Assembly (NCBI GenBank): GCA_951406725.2
Contig: OX597821.1
Location: 30,814,001-30,878,000 of the forward strand
Direction of reading: 5' to 3'
From: Octopus vulgaris
Lineage: Eukaryota
DNA: 64,000 nt
Both the position numbers and the translations under genes were made by a program. Shown one piece after another: positions 53,980 through 64,000 of the stretch; the first letter of the stretch is position 1, and the number at the start of each line of letters is the position of its first letter. Below the pieces are notes generated by a model that was not told the origin of the DNA, did not search any database, and saw only the letters and a list, made by a program, of their open reading frames with translations.

Positions 53980-54734
53980 ATGTATATGCTCATGTACTTT
54001 TGTGTGTCGATGTGATTGCTTGTTGTTTTGGAGCATTTCACAATAACTCTCTAAGCAAATTATAATTCCAGATTTTATCGCGTCTTCGAAGCCAGTTTCA
54101 ATAATGGTACATTTCAGTTGTGTACTGCTTAAGGGAAAGACTACAATAGATATTTTCTTTATCACTCAACTGATATGACATCTTTATTTTTAAGTAGGAG
54201 ATTTCGGATATAATATTGCCTTCATGTGTTCGCACACAGATGCGTACATAACTTCCGATAATTATACGGCAAATTTGTTTGTAATTATATCCGCTAGTAT
54301 GATGGATTCAAGGAATAATAGAAATAAAGCAATTGTATTTTAGGAATGATAGAAAATAAGCTCTAGCATGGTTTCTCATTTATTTTTCTAGATCGAAATT
54401 TGAAGTTGCCATCAGCAATAGAATTCAAGTAAATTCTTTTGAATTTCATGAGTGTGTCTATGTGTGTTAAGTCGTTTCTCTCAACAGACTTTGTAAACTA
54501 TAATAAACAGTATTTTTCAACACAAACTCGTAATTTTCTTTTCTGTAGAATGTATCGCATTCAACTCTACGTTGTCGCGCAATACATTAGAAACAAAACT
54601 GCAATATACTTTAAATCGAACTAATAAATCAACGATACACTGAATAGCGTAACGCTATGTACTCGTTAAAAAAAATGTAAACACGAGTGCAATACATTTG
54701 ATCATTTATGAGGTCTAATTGAAACCGGAACATA

Positions 54735-55125
54735 TCAATTCTGCCGAGGTCTATCTTCCAAAGCAGGCATCTGCGGAATCGAGATGCTTTCGGTATCGAT
54801 TAAATTAGTAGCATTTCAACACTGAGGTCGATGTAATTAGCTTGCAACTTCTTTGAAATTTGGGAACTTATTCCCTTATAATAGATAAGATTAATATACT
54901 TTCAACTAAGGCGGCGAGGTAATAGAACATCGCCGGCCAAAATCCATAGCGGCGTCTGCCTTTAACTTTTGAGCTCAAATGACATTCATCTTTAATGGAG
55001 TCGACAAATAAATTAGCAGTCGATGTTATCGAACTCTCTTCCTCTAAAAAAAACAAAAAAAAAAAACAAATATAAAAAAGACAAATGAAAATAAAAGAAC
55101 TGCTGACTGCGCAAAAATTTGAAAC
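54735..55125 (+). mobile_element. Two degenerate SINE family A-like copies
   Basis: ctgccgaggtc...gaggtcgatgtaat (54740-54865); aaggcggcgag...aaatttgaaacca (54908-55127). Confidence 0.6.
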
Positions 55126-56399
55126 CATTGTTATATCTGTAACTAAATTTAAAATATCCTTTTAATACACCATCATACTTTAAAAGCAGTAAGAATAGTT
55201 TTATGACTTAACCACAGAAGGAAAGACAGACTTTGCAAATATTTATAAGATGTAATTGGTAGGGAAAATCGAGAGAAAAGTCATGGTTTATAGATTGATC
55301 CTAAAGAGGGAGACCTGATTCCAAAGATTATAAAATTCATGAACACAGGTGTCCAATGTAAATTGGTTGTGTTAAACTTGGAGACGGATTAATATTGTCA
55401 TCGAAGAAATTTCTTAGAATATAAGCGATGTTTGCCGATTATTTTTACAAAAACTTGAGAGAGATTTTTTTTTAACATATCTATAATAACTAATACAGTA
55501 TTAACAGAGAAAAAAAACCCTGGGGCACTAATATATGGATATGTATTGTCCATTATTCAGTTACTTGTATGCTGCATTTATTCGTTCAGTGTAGACCCAT
55601 TTACAAATTTTCATCACCATTGCTAATAATATAGTAAAGCAAACTTGTAACCTGTTTTTCGTAATGGTCAGTAATTCAATTATTTACGAAATTTCCCATT
55701 TGTCTAAAAGTAACTATATCGGAAATTTTATTCTTCACCCTCAAACTTATGCCATTGCGCCGCTCATATAAGTACCTTCTTTCTCTCCATGAATATATAA
55801 AACATCATTCACTCGCTAATGTAACGCAATTTAATCGCATCTCTACTTTTCTTGACATAAAAGAAGCATTTTATATATATATATATATTTTTGCATCACT
55901 CATTAAATGGTAACACTAAGTCAATATAAAAGCCGAATAATTGTAGTGAATACAGAATGGATAAATATTTAAGTCAGGCGACAATTACTTTTTTTAACAA
56001 TGTTCACAAATAGAACGAATATTTTGAAGCTTCAGATTCGCGTACAAGCTAATGCATATGAACTAACAGAAACTAATGAAATTCACATTTTAAATTTTAC
56101 CTATGCCGTGATTTTGGAAGAATCTGTAGCATGACGGACGAAACATATCGCAGTATTCTGTTATCATACTTGGATTTGATCCTTCCACGTTTAAAAAATA
56201 TACCAGTCAAGTACTAGGCCTCATTTAATTTCCTGTTGATCTGCACCAAATTCCAAGGACTACAATGTCATAGAGCCTAAAGTTGGATGTGATGGGATCC
56301 CAACTAAGTGTGTACAGGTGGAATCACTTTAGTATCTATCACAATTCTATCTTTCCTAAACGCATCATTATACTGCCAAAGATGTCACCCATAGATATT

Positions 56400-56835
56400 A
56401 CGTCGTCGTCGTCGGCATCCGTCCATCTCGAGAGACGATGGTGTAGATCGGAAAAGGTGGTGGGTTTATCTGCACGTCCTGGTGTGGCTGTGCAGACAAT
56501 TCATCGAGTGGCAATCTCTACCACATCTGGTGCAAGTGAAAGGGGATGAGAGATGTGGTTGCTGCTGCTGCTCCTTTCGCCTGGTTCTCTTTAGTTTGGC
56601 AGTAGTGGTCCTCAGGTTCTCTGCTGTCGCGGCACCCTGCTTGACACTGTGTCGCCAGGCGCCTCTGTTGGCAGCGGCGGATTCCCATGTTAGGGTGTTG
56701 ATCTGGCATAGCTTTAGGTCCTTCTTGCAGATATCCTTGAAGCGCATTTTGGGGCGTCCCATTGGTCTGGAGCCTTCCACTAGCTGTCCGTACAGTAGGC
56801 CCTTTGAAATCCGTCCTGCATCCATTCGGCTGATC
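56400..56835 (-). mobile_element. 5'-truncated RTE-clade LINE 3' end
   Basis: RMDAGRISKGLLYGQL..GSRPMGRPKMRFKD..K.DLK...WE..A.NR..WR; C-terminal CTRCGRDCHS...HSH zinc motif; (GAC)n tail. Confidence 0.92.
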
Positions 56836-58527
56836 AAATGATAGTAGTAGCTGATCAAATGATATTTTTCTTTAATGCAACTGAGATGCCGCTCATGGTT
56901 AAACCTAAGTTGTTTTTTTCCTTGCCTGCCACATACTATAGTAAATGGTAGTGAAAATATGCTGTTTAATATCGAAATAGTCCTTAGAATACAACGTTCA
57001 TTAAAAACATGTAAGAAAATCACATATATCAGTTTTCACAAATTTAGCCCGAATTACATCTGCATCATGTATGGATTACAGATATCCGGAAGTGATAATA
57101 TAGGAAAGAAATGTATTCCGCCAGATGGTTAAAAATAGCTAGTTTACTTGATGACAAAGTATTCAGTGGTTCTTCTTCCGTGTCATGGTATTCGGAAAAT
57201 ATCGATCGTCTAGTCTATCTCCGCCCTTTTAATATCATCAATTTCAACGTTATCTGAAAAGTGGTTTCCGAAGTATATTTAGGATTCAATTGGAAAATTT
57301 TACTATTGACATGTGCCAATGAAAGAAAAATTACTTGCCAAATGTTACTGCCATTCTAGACGTTGTAAGCAGATGTTTTGTGACAAAGTTCCTTGCATTT
57401 TGCTAATGTAATTTTAATTCGAGAACAAAAGATTATGAAATTTACTTATGTATGCATTACGTACGGAGGGCAATGATTTTCAGGTAGTGGAAATTTGTAG
57501 TTACAGAAGAACATTCTTTTACCCAAGGACATATCGTTTGATGGGTCTTGAACACCCCACCCCCGCACGGCTCCTGAAATATTAAACTCGACACAATATG
57601 ATAGTAAATATAAAAGCTCTGAGTTACATACGTTCTTATGATGTCCTTACCATTGTAGTTGTGCATTCGCCACTAAAGAAACGTCAGGTGGTTAGGAATA
57701 GCATGTGGTCTATTGGAAACTAAACTGATATAGATGTTCTAGTGTACATTGAAAATAACAGGATAAACCGGATGCCCTGTCCCAACGATGGTGCATAAGA
57801 AAGGTCATAAGATATGTAAGGAAAAGCAGAAGGTCTATTATGATACACATATGAAATTCATGTTATTCGAAGGATAAAAACGAGAGTTAGAAACGAAAAG
57901 AGCAACGATGCATCCTTAGTGGTACTGTTACAACAGCACCAATATTTGCAAAACCATTTACCTGTCATTGGATGGTGTAATATCAATTCTTGTTCTTAGC
58001 CCCCAACATTTATGAGTAAAAATCTGATACGCATGATGGCAAGGACAACTAACGCGATTGAAATTCCATTTGAATGCTGAACATGTAAGTAAGCGTTTAT
58101 GCAAAGATACATTTTTGTGTTGGACAATGTCTAACCCTGTGTTTATAAATCCAGATATGAATATATAAAATTGCTATAAACATATGCTAACATCTCTATA
58201 TCCACGTACAAACAAAAATCACACACACACACACACACACACGCATGTATATACATAAATGTGTATGTATGTTAACATATGCGCGTGTGTAAAATTAGTA
58301 ATAGTAAGCAACGCTTCCCTTGTACAGTAGCAGGAATGAGTTGGTAAGGCTTGACGATGATATGGCAAATGAAAGAATTCGAATTTATTCTACTTTGGAG
58401 TGCGATGATCAGGTAAATGTCTCATTACAGAGCGGAATTAATCTATAAGTTTACCTTTTAAATATATGTACGTAATATTCATATAAAATTTGTAAATTAT
58501 TTGTACTGGCAAATCATCTTGAAGAAA

Positions 58528-58590
<63 letters not shown>

Positions 58591-58949
58591 TAAATGCCAC
58601 ATGGTTTTTAAATAGAATTGCATTAAACATGCAGAAATGAAGGATGGCCCATGGAAAAAGAATCTACACGGCCTGACAAAATCTTCAAATGCTCATCTAT
58701 ATAATACATGAACCACACTAAATTACTATTATATTTTTGCCACCACAGACACGATATGCTTGATAATGATGTAGGGCATTCTTATTATTTTCGTTGTCTG
58801 AAAAGTGTGAGTGGCGTACGCAAAGCGAGCTGTCGATTATTTGGCAGACTGTTTGACGGAGAAGAAATATTGTTTTCAAATTATGTGACAAAACCAGCGC
58901 GATTTTAGGGAAAGAGTAAGACGCTTACACTAACCATAGTATTCACCTG

Positions 58950-59257
58950 TGGAGGCACATGACCTAGTGGTTAGAGCAGCGGACTCGCGGTCGAGGGTTC
59001 GCGGGTTCGAATCTCAGGCCGGGTGATGTGTGTGTTTATGAGCGAAAACACCTAAGCTCCACGCCGCTCCAGCAGAAGGTAATGGTGAACTTCTGCTGAC
59101 TCTTTCGCCACAACTTTCTCTCACTCTTTCGTCCTGCATCTTGCAGCTCACCAACGACGGACCGGCATCCCGTCCAGGTGGGGAACCTATACGCCAAGAA
59201 ACCGGGAAACCGCCCCTTATGAGCCAGCCATGGCTCGAGAAGGAACAAAGAAAACAA
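58950..59257 (+). mobile_element. SINE family B variant, full length
   Basis: tRNA-like head with ggttcgaatctc; 14-bp TSD atagtattcacctg (58936-58949 / 59258-59271). Confidence 0.92.
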
Positions 59258-59526
59258 ATAGTATTCACCTGGTACATAATTTATCAACAGCGAAAAAAAA
59301 AAAATGAAAAGCAAAGCTGGCCTCCGCGGAATTTCTTATAGGTACTTGTCCAAGGTATCAAGCAGTGATACAGAACCCGGAACTACGTGTTTCAGAAGAA
59401 AGCTTCTTAACGCACAGCCACGTCTGCGATTTGATCGAAGACATATTAATGTCAAAGTAAAAAGTAACAGCTGCAGATATGCGTATCTGTGAACATGTAT
59501 ATAACACGCACAGGTAGATAGATTGA

Positions 59527-59583
<57 letters not shown>

Positions 59584-60496
59584 CGTGTATGTGTGCGTGT
59601 GTGTGTGTGTGTCTCTACAGGCATATATTTGTTACACGAACTTATAAATATATTACATACACACGCGCTTGCTTATAGTTTTTTTGTGTGATTCGGTGCA
59701 CGTAAATGGATATCTGATGAGTTCCGGTTAATTAAAATGATGTATATGTGTTTTCTCATAGCACAACTATCATCTTCGTAGTTCATAGATCGCTACGTAA
59801 AAGAACGATGCATATCGAATTAGTTTCAATAAATATACAATTAAGTGTAAAATATATACCAAAACATGATTTAGCGTTATTAAAACACGGTATGATAAGG
59901 TTAAGTGTGAATTAGTATACAATTTTGTAACTCTATAAAAGCAGTATGGTAATCTGTAACCGCTAACATTCTATGGAACATATGTTTCGTATTTAAGTAA
60001 CGGCTCACAAAATTATAATGAATTTCTTACTATAATCCGATAGCTAGTTTGACATTGGAATGAAATATCATTTTCTAGAAAATTGCAAATTAATGTTAAT
60101 TTTCGTACACATTGCTTCATAATCTTTAGGAATTATACCGGAAAAGATTATAACGGTTTCAAGATCATAAAAAAAAATGTTGTTCAAGGTTTTTTTGTTT
60201 CACACACATTATTGTGCAGTCTCACGTGTACACTCACACACATACTCATACGCATACGCCACTCATACATACATTCAGACATACATTCATACATAGATAT
60301 GTATATATATATATATACTCATACACACACACACACACATATACTTATATATATATATAATATATATATATATATATACAAATATATAAGTTCAGCAAAA
60401 ATTTAGATTCAAATGAATATGGTACTTAATTTAGATGCACCACAATTTTGTATGGTGTTATCCATAAAAATCCGTGTGGTGAATATTATCAAAATA

Positions 60497-60588
<92 letters not shown>

Positions 60589-60897
60589 CAAATTAAGCAA
60601 CAAGGATATCCAGTGGTAATGCAGTGCGTTCGTTTCATACGACTCCATTAAATTGAACAATGCAAACATTACATATTTGCATTGTTAAATTAAATGGAAT
60701 CACGTGAAACGATCGTACTCCATTACTTTTACCTAAACCTGTTGCTTATTTTGATTATATTCACCTTATTTTAAATTATATGGATAACACCATACTAAAT
60801 TCTGGTGCCTTCAACTTAAGTACCATATTCATCTGAATCTAAATTTTATTGAGTTTATCTACCATACCTAGTATAAATACATATATATACATATAAC

Positions 60898-61000
60898 GCC
60901 ATGATGGACCGTTAGCTCCTACACGCATGTTTTCTCTCCTTGTTTCTCTCCTTGTTTCTTTTCTGTGTATCTTTCTGTTTATTTTCGTAAACTTTCCCCT
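60898..61000 (+). mobile_element. Deleted copy of the 25032-25238 element
   Basis: gccatgat..cgttagctcctacacgca...atctttctgt joined directly to ttattttcgtaaac. Confidence 0.8.
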
Positions 61001-61018
61001 TATATATATATATATATA

Positions 61019-61313
61019 GGAGACCCCCTCCGGTCACGACACAGACCATGGGATTGCACCTAGAAAGTTACCCTCCTAGACACAAGTCCAGGCCTTCCCC
61101 TCTCCACGCCACCAGTGTTTATCCAAGGGAAAGACAAAGGTCGATACAGCTTGGCACCTGGGACGTCGCAACTCATTTCTACAGCTGAGTGAACTGGAGC
61201 AACGTGAAATAAAGTGCCTTGCTCAAGAACACAACACGCAGCCCGCTCCGGGATTCGAGCTCACAACCTCACGATCGTAAGCTCGACGCTCTAACCACTG
61301 ACCCATGCACCTT
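61019..61313 (-). mobile_element. tRNA-derived SINE with a distinct head and the same tail as 6803-7246
   Basis: Minus head gcatgggtcagtggttagagcg...gctcgaatccc; tail ggagggtaactttctaggtgcaatcccatggtc. Confidence 0.88.
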
Positions 61314-61384
61314 CACATATATATATATGTATGCATTTATGTATGTGTATATACATATACATATATATGTACATATATATATAC

Positions 61385-61417
<33 letters not shown>

Positions 61418-61906
61418 AAAGAGGAAGAATTTACGGATTTTTTCTCTTACGAGGTTTTTCACGCTGACTACTGATAATTTCTTTTAAAGATTTTATCCTC
61501 AATTGTTAATTTATATTTTTCACCGGAATAGTTCAATACTGAATTTTTACTCCGACTAGACAATTTGTAACCGAAATGCATTGCGAATAAGCCCGCCATT
61601 TTCATAGATATGTAAAGATGAACATTCGTACATGCTACGACGAATTCTACGGTTGGCTATCGAGCTTGTAATGTTATGTTTTTCTCTTATATTTCTTGAG
61701 TTTGTTGCACTGATGAACATGAAATGCATATTCTGCATTAAATGCGAAATCACATGTGATATGTAACTCAATTCTTTTTTAAAATGATGTGTTTTGAAGT
61801 TTTGCATTCGTTAAAATTTTGTTTATTTTTAGTAGTTTTGACCGCATTGGTCCCTCTTAGCGTGTTGGTATCTACGAATAGTAGTACCCTCAATATAATA
61901 TAAATA

Positions 61907-61942
<36 letters not shown>

Positions 61943-61945
<3 letters not shown>

Positions 61946-64000
61946 CTTAGATAAACTTAGATATGTTTCGACCAAAGATTGGTCCAAGGCCATGTCTAAC
62001 TTAATAGCACCACCTGATAGGATTATTTGAATCCTGTTTAAGTCAAGTTTTGTTTATGGTCCATTCAAGTAGTGAGTTTTTGTTGGGTGAGTTGTATCCA
62101 ATTATGGGTGGCTTATCTGGTATTCCTTGAAGGAATCTATCCAGACTCCGTTTAAAGTTGATGGGATCCTTTTCCTCTTTGATCTCTTTCGGGACAATGT
62201 TAAATAGGGCAGGGCCTGTTGAGGAAAAGAAATTATGTTGCAGTGTACATGTATGCTGTGATCTTGAATTGGGCAGGGGACGTATGGCCCGTGGTCCCAG
62301 TCTTGGATGAACCTTGAAGCTAATGTTCAGGTCGTTTGGGCAAAGTTGGCGGTATATTCTCCACATCGTACAAATGATGTACCGCTCACAGCGACGCTGG
62401 AGAGAGTAGAGTTTCAAGGCTTTAAGGCGATCCCAATAATCGAGAGCAGCCATGCCTTCAATTCGTTTAGTGAGTGCCCTCTGGGGTGATTCAATCCTCG
62501 AGATGTTTTGTCTTGTATGGGGAGACCACAGTGGGCAGCAGTATTCGAGGTGTGGCCGTACAAAGGAGGAGAAAAGTGGTATGATGACACCTTGTTCTCT
62601 GGACCGGAAAGTTCTTAAGATCCAGGAACTCATCCTACGAGCTATATCGACCTTCTTGTTGATGTGTGCACTCCAACTGAGATCGTCATCAACAATTACA
62701 CCCAGGTCTCTGATATTGTTAGAGGCTGTGAGCGGTTCCCCTGAAGGAAGAGAGTATGGCTGTTTTAGTGAGGAATTTCTTCCAAAATGCATCAGCTCAA
62801 ATTTTCCCTCGTTCAGTTGCATTTTGTTTCTGTCTGCCCATTGACTCACAGCATATAGATCAGACTGGAGTTGAGTTCGGTCTGCTTCTTCATTGACGAT
62901 TTGCTGGAGCTTAGTGTCATCAGCAAATATTTTCACTTTTTTGCAGTAATGTACGACACTGGAAGGGTCGTTTATGTAAATTATGAAGAGTAGCGGACTC
63001 AAGACAGTCCCCTGGGGGACACCGCTGGTGACTATTCGCCAGGAAATACTTAATCCGGTGTAGAACATTTCCACGAATTCCAACATTTGCCAATTTTGAG
63101 AGTAGGATATTATGGTCTACCCTGTCGAACGCTTTACTGAAGTCAAGATATATGACATCAGAGTTCGAACCTGTTCCCAAGGCTTTGAGTACATCTTCAA
63201 TGTGGTGTAAGAGCTGTGTTAGACAGTCCCTGCCACAGCGAAAGCCATGCTGATTTGCATTTAGGAGTTTGTGGGTCTCCAGGAAGTCAGCTATCCTTGA
63301 TCTTAACACTCACCTCCCACATCATTAAAGTGTTTGAAAGAGTGTTAACACCTGCGTCTAACGAATTTCTACAGAGGTTGGTCAGAGGGACTGCAAGTTG
63401 GTGTCTACATTCCTTCAGGAGACTAGCGGGAATCTATCAGGGCCTACAGCAGAGTAGTATTTGACCTCATTTATTGCTGCTATGATGTCAGTGGCAGTGA
63501 AGGTTATGTCTGAGATTTTATGTTGGGAGTCAACTTCGTTCGCTTCTCTTACGTCAATATCAGTGGGAACACTAAAGACAGAGCAGTATTGTTTCTGCAG
63601 TATTTCTGCCATTTCTTTAGCATCATGTTGGGGAATGCCGTTATCATCAATCAATGGCCCAATGGGTGAGACAGTGGTTCTATGCTTATTTGCATAAGAA
63701 TAGAAACTTTTGGGTTCTGTTTGATGTTTTTGATTACCCACTGTTCCTCCACAGCTCTTTGATTTTCAATGGAGGTTTTCATGTCGGTCTGCAGATGAAG
63801 TTTTTCCAGCTCTAGCCTTTTCATTGTTGTTGAATGTGGATGTTGTATGTGGGAATATTTTAATTGGTTGATTTTTTTGTTGAGTCTTTTGATGCGCCTG
63901 ATGAGTGTTTTTTTTCTTTTTAGGGAGCCGGTTTCTGTTTGTGTTAGTAGATTTCGTGGGAGCGTGTTTAGAGCATGTATAGGTGACAATGTTTTCAAAG
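61943..64000 (-). mobile_element. CR1/L2-like LINE (RT, frameshifted), running off the window end
   Basis: QHGFRCGRDCLTQLL, YLDFSKAFDRVDH, GVPQGTVLSPLLFIIYIND, IFADDTKL, VRPHLEYCCPLWSP, LYSLQRR; (TATCTAAGTT)2 tail. Confidence 0.93.

Noticed and set aside
59712-59745. CTGATGAG motif
   Set aside because: No stem II or GAAA box follows; the same holds for ctgatga at ~47207
62043-63086. 347-aa ORF as a host gene or active RT
   Set aside because: Part of a frameshifted, internally rearranged LINE ORF2

Overview
AT-rich, microsatellite-dense animal DNA. The SINE families strongly resemble those of Octopus/coleoid cephalopods; this is recognition from memory, not a database result. I find no supportable host protein-coding gene: nearly all ORFs in the track are microsatellite artefacts or decayed transposon pieces, so the window is intergenic or deep intronic. 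Contents: about 35 copies or fragments of modular tRNA-derived SINEs, several with exact TSDs; three tandem decayed R4/Dong-type RLE LINEs next to (TAA)n tracts; CR1/L2-like and RTE LINE remnants; mariner (DD34D) and maT-like transposase fossils; and a TIR MITE with 8-bp TSDs that carries a variable-length (TTAGGG)n tract. Most notable: a 358-bp inverted repeat (35176-35533) holding two divergent type I hammerhead ribozyme motifs (Penelope-pLTR-like), with further palindromic and hammerhead-like relics nearby. Also notable are a hidden ~170-bp periodic element present in both orientations, a SINE/LINE pair sharing a 3' tail motif, and a micro-inversion inside a LINE RT.
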